NCBI GenBank assembly: GCA_964016885.1
Contig: OZ024748.1
Span: forward strand, 27,032,001-27,096,000
Direction: 5' to 3'
Length of the DNA stretch: 64,000 nucleotides
Source: Eledone cirrhosa
Taxonomy: Eukaryota
The translations under genes were made by a program, and so were the position numbers. Each line of letters starts with the position of its first letter. Position 1 is the stretch's first letter. Shown one piece after another: positions 38,501 through 50,500 of the stretch. The notes under the pieces were generated by a model that worked only from the letters and a program-made list of their open reading frames with translations, was not told where the DNA came from and did not search any database.

Positions 38501-41500
38501 ACTATGGTGCAAAACATGGCGTCCGACCCTCTACTGATACTGCCAATCCACCAATCATAATAACAATTATTTCTACTATAGGCACAAGGCCAGCGATTTG
38601 AAGGGGAGGGGAAAGTCGATTAAATTGACTCCAGTGCGTTACTGGTACTTTATTTTATCAACCCCGTAAGGATGAAAAGCAAAGCTAACCTTGGTGGGAT
38701 TTGAACTCAGAACGTAAAGGGTCGTAACTATATGCTGCAATGCATAATGTCCTATTTACCTACTCACCTACCCATTTATGCACTTGCTCACCTGCCTGCC
38801 TATCTACTTGCCCACATAGACATCTATCCACATACTCACCTGTCCACCACACCACCATACACCACATCAACTATGCTGTTTTCAGTGTATATATTCTTTT
38901 CCCACCAGGTATGTGACATGTTGTACTTTCTCACTTGATGACAAATATCTGGCCTCTGGTTCCAATGACAAAACTATTAAAATCTGGAACATGATAAACA
39001 ATGGTGAGGTTTCATTTACCAATTCTAACTTTACTAAAATGCACCAACTTTGTAATAGTTTGTAGACTCTTGTATACAACTTGGACCTTTGATTGAAGCC
39101 TATAATTTTTTAAATTATATCTAAACATGGAAGTATGTAAGTGTGCATATATGCATGTGTGTGTGTGATGATAAAATACACCTAGTACACTCAGTTAACT
39201 GGTTCTGAGTAAATTTTGTGGCACCAGCTCTATCACCTTACAGAGTGTACTTGATGCTTTTTAACTTGAGACCAGCGCTACTACTTTATAGATTGTACTG
39301 GCTGCATTTTATCATGACACCAACACTATCAATTTACAGAATGTATTGGGTGCAATTTATCATGGCATCAGCACTGTCATTTCCCAAGCCTTCAACAACT
39401 AAGGCCATGCTGGGATAATATAGGTTAAAATGCTACACACAAAATATACTTGATTGTTTAACTCTTAACATCCTGAAATCTCATTAACAAGACATTCTAC
39501 TATAGTAACAAAAAAAAAAAAATTATAACAGCATCATACTAAAAATTAAAGTCTTTACTTTGGTTTACTGCAAATTTTCGCAAAAATCTATCAACTATTA
39601 AAGATACTATAAGCATGTGAATGAACAAACCAGTTTTTAGGTATTTTCTGCTAAATCATTACAGGATGTTCAGAGTCAATTAACAACCAATCATATACAA
39701 TATTATTTTTAGCATGATTGAATGCACCACATTAAATACATAAGTCTTTACTTTAGTACTTCAAATTTTTATAACAATATGTTCACCAGTAAAGATACTA
39801 TAAACATTTGAATTTAGTAACTTATTTTTAGATATTTTCTGCCAAATCATTACAGGATGTTAAGAGATAATACTGCAACTTTTCACAATTTGTGCACCAG
39901 TAAAGATACTAAAAATATTTATATAAACAAACCCATTTTTAGATATTTTTTGCTAAATAAATAATTACAGGTTGTGACGAGTTAATGTAAAATTTCTTTT
40001 CCAGAAACTTCCGTGGAGGTCAGTAATGTGAGCAACTTATCTACTAGAACATTTCTTTTCGAACCAATTATTGATGAAGATTCTTCAAAGTTCCAGTTCC
40101 CAAAACCAGTTTCCAAATGGTCTGTAGAGGATGCTTGTAGTTGGCTCCAGCGGACAGAATTGGAAGACTTTTCCGAAATATTTCGGAAACAAGCTATTGA
40201 TGGACCAGAACTATTAAGATTGTCAGATGATATTATTGAGAAGCATCTTGGAATACGTAAGAAATTACTCTTATTTATTTATATTTTTCTGACTGATCAC
40301 TAAATTGAAGGAGATTTAGCTGTTCTTTCTAGCAGGTTGAGTGACCATGTAGAGGTTCCTCCATTGAATTGTCTATATTGAAGTGGTTGTTGTTGTTTAA
40401 CCCCAGGTCCTTTCTGGTTGAGCAGACCTATGATCAAAGATGTTTCAGCCTGTTATTTTCTTCTAGTTAAATTACTTATATAATAGTTAAATTACTTTTA
40501 TAATAGTTTGAATACTTTTATAATAGTTAAAATACTTCTATAATAGTTAAAATACTTTTATAATAGTTAAAATACTTCTATAATAGTTAAAATACTTCTA
40601 TAATAGTTAAAATACTTCTATAATAGTTAAAATACTTCTATAATAGTTAAAATACTTCTATAATAGTTAAAAAGTTTCTATATATTCCAAGATGGTTAAA
40701 ATGTCTGTAATTTTCCGTTCTCTTTATTCAGAAGCATATGGAAGCAGAAGTAAAATTCTCCGTGCCAGGGACCATCTTGTCAGCCAAATAACAGAAACTT
40801 CTCAGTTTTGTTTAAAAGGTTGGTTTTAATATTTATTTACTATAGTGTAGTGTGGTGTGGTGTAGTGTAGCATGGTGTGGTGTGGTCTAGTATAGTGTAG
40901 TGTGGTGTGATGTAATGTAGTGTGGTGTAGTGTGGTATGGTATAGTGTATCATGGTGTGGTCTAGTATAGTGTGGTGTAATGTGGTGTGGTCTAGTATAG
41001 TGTGGTGTGGTGTAGTGTAGTGTAGTGTGGTGTGGTGTAGTGTAGAATGCTGTGGTGTAGTGTGGTGTAGTGTAGTGTGGTGTAGTGTGGTGTGGTGTAA
41101 TGTAGTGTGCTAGTATAGTGTGGTGTGGTGTGGTGTGATGTAGTGTAGTGTAGCATGGTGTGGTGTAGTGTAATGTGGTCTAGTATAGTGTGGTGTAGTG
41201 TAGTGTAGTGTGGTGTGGTGTGGTGTAATGTAGTGTGGTAGTATAGTGTGGTGTGGTGTGATGTAGTGTGGAGTAGTGTAGTGTGATGTAGTGTAGTGTA
41301 GCATGGTGTGGTGTAGTGTAGTGTAGTGTGATGTAGTGTAGTGTGGGGGAATGTAGTGTGGTGTGATGTAGTATGGTGTCGTCTAGTGTAGTGTAGTGTG
41401 GTCTAGTGTAGTATGGTCTAATGTTCTGTGGTGTAATGTAGTGTGGTGTGGTGTAATGCAGTGTGCTAGTATAATGTGGTCTAGTGTAGTGTAGTGTGGT

Positions 41501-44500
41501 GGTGTGATCCTGGTGTGTCGGCTGTAGTGTGGTGGTGTGATCCTGGTGTGTCGGCTGTAGTGTGGTGGTGTGATCCTGGTGTGTTGGCTGTAGTGTGGTG
41601 GTGTGATCCTGGTGTGTCGGCTGTAGTGTGGTGGTGGTGTGATCCTGGTGTGTTGGCTGTAGTGTGGTGGTGTGATCCTGGTGTGTCGGCTGTAGTGTGG
41701 TGGTGGTGTGATCCTGGTGTGTCGGCTGTAGTGTGGTGGTGTGATCCTGGTGTGTTGGCTGTAGTGTGGTGGTGTGATCCTGGTGTGTTGGCTGTAGTGT
41801 GGTGGTGGTGTGATCCTGGTGTGTTGGCTGTAGTGTGGTGGTGGTGTGATCCTGGTGTGTCGGCTGTAGTGTGGTGGTGTGATCCTGGTGTGTTGGCTGT
41901 AGTGTGGTGGTGTGATCCTGTGTGTTGGCTGTAGTGTGGTGGTGGTGTGATCCTGGTGTGTTGGCTGTAGTGTGGTGGTGTGATCCTGGTGTGTCGGCTG
42001 TAGTGTGGTGGTGGTGTGATCCTGGTGTGTCGGCTGTAGTGTGGTGGTGGTGTGATCCTGGTGTGTTGGCTGTAGTGTGGTGGTGTGATCCTGGTGTTGG
42101 CTGTAGTGTGGTGGTGTGATCCTGGTGTGTTGGCTGTAGTGTGGTGGTGTGATCCTGGTGTGTTGGCTGTAGTGTGGTGGTGTGATCCTGGTGTGTCGGC
42201 TGTAGTGTGGTGGTGTGATCCTGGTGTGTTGGCTGTAGTGTGGTGGTGTGATCCTGGTGTGTCGGCTGTAGTGTGGTGGTGGTGTGATCCTGGTGTGTCG
42301 GCTGTAGTGTGGTGGTGGTGTGATCCTGGTGTGTTGGCTGTAGTGGTGGTGGTGTGATCCTGGTGTGTCGGCTGTAGTGTGGTGGTGGTGTGATCCTGGT
42401 GTGTCGGCTGTAGTGTGGTGGTGGTGTGATCCTGGTGTGTCGGCTGTAGTGTGGTGGTGGTGTGATCCTGGTGTGTTGGCTGTAGTGTGGTGGTGTGATC
42501 CTGGTGTTGGCTGTAGTGTGGTGGTGTTATCCTGGTGTGTTGGCTGTAGTGTGGTGGTGGTGTGATCCTGGTGTGTCGGCTGTAGTGTGGTGGTGGTGGT
42601 GTGATCCTGGTGTGTTGGCTGTAGTGGTGGTGGTGTGATCCTGGTGTGTCGGCTGTAGTGTGGTGGTGTGATCCTGGTGTGTTGGCTGTAGTGTGGTGGT
42701 GTGATCCTGGTGTGTCGGCTGTAGTGTGGTGGTGTGATCCTGGTGTGTCGGCTGTAGTGTGGTGGTGGTGTGATCTCGGTGTGTCGGCTGTAGTGTGGTG
42801 GTGTGATCCTGGTGTGTCGGCTGTAGTGTGGTGGTGTGATCCTGGTGTGTCGGCTGTAGTGTGGTGGTGGTGTGATCTTGGTGTGTCGGCTGTAGTGTGG
42901 TGGTGTGATCCTGGTGTGTCGGCTGTAGTGTGGTGGTGGTGTGATCCTGGTGTGTCGGCTGTAGTGTGGTGGTGTGATCCTGGTGTTGGCTGTAGTGTGG
43001 TGGTGTGATCCTGGTGTGTCGGCTGTAGTGTGGTGGTGTGATCCTGGTGTGTCGGCTGTAGTGTGGTGGTGGTGTGATCTTGGTGTGTCGGCTGTAGTGT
43101 GGTGGTGTGATCCTGGTGTGTTGGCTGTAGTGTGGTGGTGTGATCCTGGTGTGTTGGCTGTAGTGTGGTGGTGTGATCCTGGTGTGTCGGCTGTAGTGTG
43201 GTGGTGTGATCCTGGTGTGTTGGCTGTAGTGTGGTGGTGTGATCCTGGTGTGTCGGCTGTAGTGTGGTGGTGTGATCCTGGTGTGTTGGCTGTAGTGTGG
43301 TGGTGTGATCCTGGTGTGTCGGCTGTAGTGTGGTGGTGTGATCCTGGTGTGTTGGCTGTAGTGTGGTGGTGTGATCCTGGTGTGTCGGCTGTAGTGTGGT
43401 GGTGTGATCCTGGTGTGTTGGCTGTAGTGTGGTGGTGGTGTGATCCTGGTGTGTCGGCTGTAGTGTGGTGGTGTGATCCTGGTGTGTTGGCTGTAGTGTG
43501 GTGGTGTGATCCTGGTGTGTTGGCTGTAGTGTGGTGGTGGTGTGATCCTGGTGTGTTGGCTGTAGTGTGGTGGTGGTGTGATCCTGGTGTGTCGGCTGTA
43601 GTGTGGTGGTGTGATCCTGGTGTGTTGGCTGTAGTGTGGTGGTGGTGTGATCCTGGTGTGTCGGCTGTAGTGTGGTGGTGTTATCCTGGTGTGTCGGCTG
43701 TAGTGTGGTGGTATGATCCTGGTGTGTCGGCTGTAGTGTGGTGGTGTTATCCTGGTGTGTTGGCTGTAGTGTGGTGGTGTGATCCTGTGTGTTGGCTGTA
43801 GTGTGGTGGTGTGATCCTGGTGTGTTGGCTGTAGTGTGGTGGTATGATCCTGGTGTGTCGGCTGTAGTGTGGTGGTGTGATCCTGGTGTGTTGGCTGTAG
43901 TGTGGTGGTGGTGTGATCCTGGTGTTGGCTGTAGTGTGGTGGTGTGATCCTGGTGTGTTGGCTGTAGTGTGGTGGTGTGATCCTGGTGTGTTGGCTGTAG
44001 TGTGGTGGTGTGATCCTGGTGTGTTGGCTGTAGTGTGGTGGTGTTATCCTGGTGTGTTGGCTGTAGTGTGGTGGTGTGATCCTGGTGTGTCGGCTGTAGT
44101 GTGGTGGTGTGATCCTGGTGTGTTGGCTGTAGTGTGGTGGTGTGATCCTGGTGTGTCGGCTGTAGTGTGGTGGTGTGATCCTGGTGTGTCGGCTGTAGTG
44201 TGGTGGTGTGATCCTGTGTGTTGGCTGTAGTGTGGTGGTGTGATCCTGGTGTGTTGGCTGTAGTGTGGTGGTGTTATCCTGGTGTGTTGGCTGTAGTGTG
44301 GTGGTGGTGTGATCCTGGTGTGTTGGCTGTAGTGTGGTGGTGTGATCCTGGTGTGTTGGCTGTAGTGTGGTGGTGTGATCCTGGTGTGTCGGCTGTAGTG
44401 TGGTGGTGTTATCCTGGTGTGTTGGCTGTAGTGTGGTGGTGGTGTGATCCTGGTGTGTCGGCTGTAGTGTGGTGGTGTTATCCTGGTGTGTTGGCTGTAG

Positions 44501-47500
44501 TGTGGTGGTGTGATCCTGGTGTGTCGGCTGTAGTGTGGTGGTGTGATCCTGGTGTGTTGGCTGTAGTGTGGTGGTGTGATCCTGGTGTGTTGGCTGTAGT
44601 GTGGTGGTGTGATCCTGGTGTGTTGGCTGTAGTGTGGTGATGTGATCCTGGTGTGTTGGCTGTAGTGTGGTGGTGGTGTGATCCTGGTGTGTTGGCTGTA
44701 GTGTGGTGGTGTGATCCTGGTGTGTTGGCTGTAGTGTGGTGGTGTGATCCTGGTGTGTCGGCTGTAGTGTGGTGGTGGTGTGATCCTGGTGTGTCGGCTG
44801 TAGTGTGGTGGTGTGATCCTGGTGTGTTGGCTGTAGTGTGGTGTGATCCTGGTGTGTTGGCTGTAGTGTGGTGGTGTGATCCTGGTGTGTTGGCTGTAGT
44901 GTGGTGGTGTGATCCTGGTGTGTTGGCTGTAGTGTGGTGGTGTGATCCTGGTGTGTTGGCTGTAGTGTGGTGGTGGTGTGATCCTGGTGTGTTGGCTGTA
45001 GTGTGGTGGTGGTGTGATCCTGGTGTGTCGGCTGTAGTGTGGTGGTGGTGTGATCCTGGTGTGTCGGCTGTAGTGTGGTGGTGTGATCCTGGTGTGTTGG
45101 CTGTAGTGTGGTGGTGGTGTGATCCTGGTGTGTTGGCTGTAGTGTGGTGGTGTGATCCTGGTGTGTTGGCTGTAGTGTGGTGGTGTGATCCTGGTGTGTC
45201 GGCTGTAGTGTGGTGGTGTTATCCTGGTGTGTTGGCTGTAGTGTGGTGGTGTGATCCTGGTGTGTCGGCTGTAGTGTGGTGGTGTCATCCTGGTGTGTTG
45301 GCTGTAGTGTGGTGGTGTGATCCTGGTGTGTTGGCTGTAGTGTGGTGGTGTGATCCTGGTGTGTTGGCTGTAGTGTGGTGGTGTGATCCTGGTGTGTCGG
45401 CTGTAGTGTGGTGGTGTTATCCTGGTGTGTTGGCTGTAGTGTGGTGGTGTGATCCTGGTGTGTCGGCTGTAGTGTGGTGGTGTGATCCTGGTGTGTTGGC
45501 TGTAGTGTGGTGGTGGTGTGATCCTGGTGTGTTGGCTGTAGTGTGGTGGTGTGATCCTGGTGTGTTGGCTGTAGTGTGGTGGTGTGATCCTGGTGTGTTG
45601 GCTGTAGTGTGGTGGTGTGATCCTGGTGTGTCGGCTGTAGTGTGGTGGTGTTATCCTGGTGTGTTGGCTGTAGTGTGGTGGTGTGATCCTGGTGTGTCGG
45701 CTGTAGTGTGGTGGTGTGATCCTGTGTGTTGGCTGTAGTGTGGTGGTGTGATCCTGGTGTGTCGGCTGTAGTGTGGTGGTGTTATCCTGGTGTGTTGGCT
45801 GTAGTGTGGTGGTGTGATCCTGGTGTGTCGGCTGTAGTGTGGTGGTGTGATCCTGTGTGTTGGCTGTAGTGTGGTGGTGTGATCCTGGTGTGTCGGCTGT
45901 AGTGTGGTGGTGTTATCCTGGTGTGTTGGCTGTAGTGTGGTGGTGTGATCCTGGTGTGTCGGCTGTAGTGTGGTGGTGTGATCCTGTGTGTTGGCTGTAG
46001 TGTGGTGGTGTGATCCTGGTGTGTCGGCTGTAGTGTGGTGGTGTTATCCTGGTGTGTTGGCTGTAGTGTGGTGGTGTGATCCTGGTGTGTCGGCTGTAGT
46101 GTGGTGGTGTGATCCTGTGTGTTGGCTGTAGTGTGGTGGTGTGATCCTGGTGTGTCGGCTGTAGTGTGGTGGTGGTGTGATCCTGGTGTGTCGGCTGTAG
46201 TGTGGTGGTGTGATCTGTGTGTTGGCTGTAGTGTGGTGGTGTGATCCTGGTGTGTCGGCTGTAGTGTGGTGGTGTTATCCTGGTGTGTTGGCTGTAGTGT
46301 GGTGGTGGTGTGATCCTGGTGTGTCGGCTGTAGTGTGGTGGTGTGATCCTGGTGTGTTGGCTGTAGTGTGGTGGTGTGTGATCCTGGTGTGTCGGCTGTA
46401 GTGTGGTGGTGGTGTGATCCTGGTGTGTCGGCTGTAGTGTGGTGGTGTGATCCTGGTGTGTTGGCTGTAGTGTGGTGGTGGTGTGATCCTGGTGTGTCGG
46501 CTGTAGTGTGGTGGTGTGATCCTGGTGTGTCGGCTGTAGTGTGGTGGTGTGATCCTGGTGTGTCGGCTGTAGTGTGGTGGTGGTGTGATCCTGGTGTGTC
46601 GGCTGTAGTGTGGTGGTGTGTGATCCTGGTGTGTCGGCTGTAGTGTGGTGGTGTGATCCTGGTGTGTCGGCTGTAGTGTGGTGGTGTGATCCTGGGTGTG
46701 TCGGCTGTAGTGTGGTGGTGTGATCCTGGTGTGTCGGCTGTAGTGTGGTGGTGGTGTGATCCTGGTGTGTCGGCTGTAGTGTGGTGGTGTGATCCTGGTG
46801 TGTCGGCTGTAGTGTGGTGGTGTGATCCTGGTGTGTCGGCTGTAGTGTGGTGGTGGTGTGATCCTGGTGTGTCGGCTGTAGTGTGGTGGTGTGATCCTGG
46901 TGTGTCGGCTGTAGTGTGGTGGTGGTGTGATCCTGGTGTGTCGGCTGTAGTGTGGTGGTGTGATCCTGGTGTGTTGGCTGTAGTGTGGTGGTGTGATCCT
47001 GGTGTGTCGGCTGTAGTGTGGTGGTGTGATCCTGGTGTGTTGGCTGTAGTGTGGTGGTGTGATCCTGGTGTGTTGGCTGTAGTGTGGTGGTGTGATCCTG
47101 GTGTGTTGGCTGTAGTGTGGTGGTGTGATCCTGGTGTGTTGGCTGTAGTGTGGTGGTGTGATCCTGGTGTGTTGGCTGTAGTGTGGTGGTGTGATCCTGG
47201 TGAGTTGGCTGTAGTGTGGTGGTGGTGTGATCCTGGTGTGTTGGCTGTAGTGTGGTGGTGTGATCCTGGTGTGTTGGCTGTAGTGTGGTGGTGTGATCCT
47301 GGTGTGTTGGCTGTAGTGTGGTGGTGTGATCCTGGTGTGTTCGGCTGTAGTGTGGTGGTGTGATCCTGGTGTGTTGGCTGTAGTGTGGTGGGTGTGATCC
47401 TGGTGTGTCGGCTGTAGTGTGGTGGTGTGATCCTGGTGTGTCGGCTGTAGTGTGGTGGTGGTGTGATCCTGGTGTGTCGGCTGTAGTGTGGTGGTGTGAT

Positions 47501-50500
47501 CCTGGTGTGTTGGCTGTAGTGTGGTGGTGTGATCCTGGTGTGTCGGCTGTAGTGTGGTGGTGTGATCCTGGTGTGTCGGCTGTAGTGTGGTGGTGTGATC
47601 CTGGTGTGTCGGCTGTAGTGTGGTGGTGGTGTGATCCTGGTGTGTTGGCTGTAGTGTGGTGGTGTGATCCTGGTGTGTCGGCTGTAGTGTGGTGGTGTGA
47701 TCCTGGTGTGTCGGCTGTAGTGTGGTGGTGTGATCCTGGTGTGTTGGCTGTAGTGTGGTGGTGTGATCCTGGTGTGTTGGCTGTAGTGTGGTGGTGTGAT
47801 CCTGGTGTGTTGGCTGTAGTGTGGTGGTGTGATCCTGGTGTGTCGGCTGTAGTGTGGTGGTGTGATCCTGGTGTGTCGGCTGTAGTGTGGTGGTGTGATC
47901 CTGGTGTGTCAGCTGTAGTGTGGTGGTGGTGTGATCCTGGTGTGTTGGCTGTAGTGTGGTGGTGTGATCCTGGTGTGTTGGCTGTAGTGTGGTGGTGTGA
48001 TCCTGGTGTGTCGGCTGTAGTGTGGTGGTGTTATCCTGGTGTGTTGGCTGTAGTGTGGTGGTGGTGTGATCCTGGTGTGTCGGCTGTAGTGTGGTGGTGT
48101 TATCCTGGTGTGTTGGCTGTAGTGTGGTGGTGTGATCCTGGTGTGTCGGCTGTAGTGTGGTGGTGTGATCCTGGTGTGTTGGCTGTAGTGTGGTGGTGTG
48201 ATCCTGGTGTGTTGGCTGTAGTGTGGTGGTGTGATCCTGGTGTGTTGGCTGTAGTGTGGTGATGTGATCCTGGTGTGTTGGCTGTAGTGTGGTGGTGGTG
48301 TGATCCTGGTGTGTTGGCTGTAGTGTGGTGGTGTGATCCTGGTGTGTTGGCTGTAGTGTGGTGGTGTGATCCTGGTGTGTCGGCTGTAGTGTGGTGGTGG
48401 TGTGATCCTGGTGTGTCGGCTGTAGTGTGGTGGTGTGATCCTGGTGTGTTGGCTGTAGTGTGGTGTGATCCTGGTGTGTTGGCTGTAGTGTGGTGGTGTG
48501 ATCCTGGTGTGTTGGCTGTAGTGTGGTGGTGTGATCCTGGTGTGTTGGCTGTAGTGTGGTGGTGTGATCCTGGTGTGTTGGCTGTAGTGTGGTGGTGGTG
48601 TGATCCTGGTGTGTTGGCTGTAGTGTGGTGGTGGTGTGATCCTGGTGTGTCGGCTGTAGTGTGGTGGTGGTGTGATCCTGGTGTGTCGGCTGTAGTGTGG
48701 TGGTGTGATCCTGGTGTGTTGGCTGTAGTGTGGTGGTGGTGTGATCCTGGTGTGTTGGCTGTAGTGTGGTGGTGTGATCCTGGTGTGTTGGCTGTAGTGT
48801 GGTGGTGTGATCCTGGTGTGTCGGCTGTAGTGTGGTGGTGTTATCCTGGTGTGTTGGCTGTAGTGTGGTGGTGTGATCCTGGTGTGTCGGCTGTAGTGTG
48901 GTGGTGTCATCCTGGTGTGTTGGCTGTAGTGTGGTGGTGTGATCCTGGTGTGTTGGCTGTAGTGTGGTGGTGTGATCCTGGTGTGTTGGCTGTAGTGTGG
49001 TGGTGTGATCCTGGTGTGTCGGCTGTAGTGTGGTGGTGTTATCCTGGTGTGTTGGCTGTAGTGTGGTGGTGTGATCCTGGTGTGTCGGCTGTAGTGTGGT
49101 GGTGTGATCCTGGTGTGTTGGCTGTAGTGTGGTGGTGGTGTGATCCTGGTGTGTTGGCTGTAGTGTGGTGGTGTGATCCTGGTGTGTTGGCTGTAGTGTG
49201 GTGGTGTGATCCTGGTGTGTTGGCTGTAGTGTGGTGGTGTGATCCTGGTGTGTCGGCTGTAGTGTGGTGGTGTTATCCTGGTGTGTTGGCTGTAGTGTGG
49301 TGGTGTGATCCTGGTGTGTCGGCTGTAGTGTGGTGGTGTGATCCTGTGTGTTGGCTGTAGTGTGGTGGTGTGATCCTGGTGTGTCGGCTGTAGTGTGGTG
49401 GTGTTATCCTGGTGTGTTGGCTGTAGTGTGGTGGTGTGATCCTGGTGTGTCGGCTGTAGTGTGGTGGTGTGATCCTGTGTGTTGGCTGTAGTGTGGTGGT
49501 GTGATCCTGGTGTGTCGGCTGTAGTGTGGTGGTGTTATCCTGGTGTGTTGGCTGTAGTGTGGTGGTGTGATCCTGGTGTGTCGGCTGTAGTGTGGTGGTG
49601 TGATCCTGTGTGTTGGCTGTAGTGTGGTGGTGTGATCCTGGTGTGTCGGCTGTAGTGTGGTGGTGTTATCCTGGTGTGTTGGCTGTAGTGTGGTGGTGTG
49701 ATCCTGGTGTGTCGGCTGTAGTGTGGTGGTGTGATCCTGGTGTGTTGGCTGTAGTGTGGTGGTGTGATCCTGGTGTGTCGGCTGTAGTGTGGTGGTGGTG
49801 TGATCCTGGTGTGTCGGCTGTAGTGTGGTGGTGTGATCCTGTGTGTTGGCTGTAGTGTGGTGGTGTGATCCTGGTGTGTCGGCTGTAGTGTGGTGGTGTT
49901 ATCCTGGTGTGTTGGCTGTAGTGTGGTGGTGGTGTGATCCTGGTGTGTCGGCTGTAGTGTGGTGGTGTGATCCTGGTGTGTTGGCTGTAGTGTGGTGGTG
50001 GTGTGATCCTGGTGTGTCGGCTGTAGTGTGGTGGTGGTGTGATCCTGGTGTGTCGGCTGTAGTGTGGTGGTGTGATCCTGGTGTGTTGGCTGTAGTGTGG
50101 TGGTGGTGTGATCCTGGTGTGTCGGCTGTAGTGTGGTGGTGTGATCCTGGTGTGTCGGCTGTAGTGTGGTGGTGTGATCCTGGTGTGTCGGCTGTAGTGT
50201 GGTGGTGGTGTGATCCTGGTGTGTCGGCTGTAGTGTGGTGGTGTGATCCTGGTGTGTCGGCTGTAGTGTGGTGGTGTGATCCTGGTGTGTCGGCTGTAGT
50301 GTGGTGGTGTGATCCTGGTGTGTCGGCTGTAGTGTGGTGGTGTGATCCTGGTGTGTCGGCTGTAGTGTGGTGGTGGTGTGATCCTGGTGTGTCGGCTGTA
50401 GTGTGGTGGTGTGATCCTGGTGTGTCGGCTGTAGTGTGGTGGTGTGATCCTGGTGTGTCGGCTGTAGTGTGGTGGTGGTGTGATCCTGGTGTGTCGGCTG

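Noticed and set aside
39455-39985. Possible TTAA-type MITE with ~190-bp partial tandem copies
   Set aside because: TIR-like CTCTTAACATCCTG/CAGGATGTTAAGAG is visible, but boundaries and TSD are too degenerate to call.
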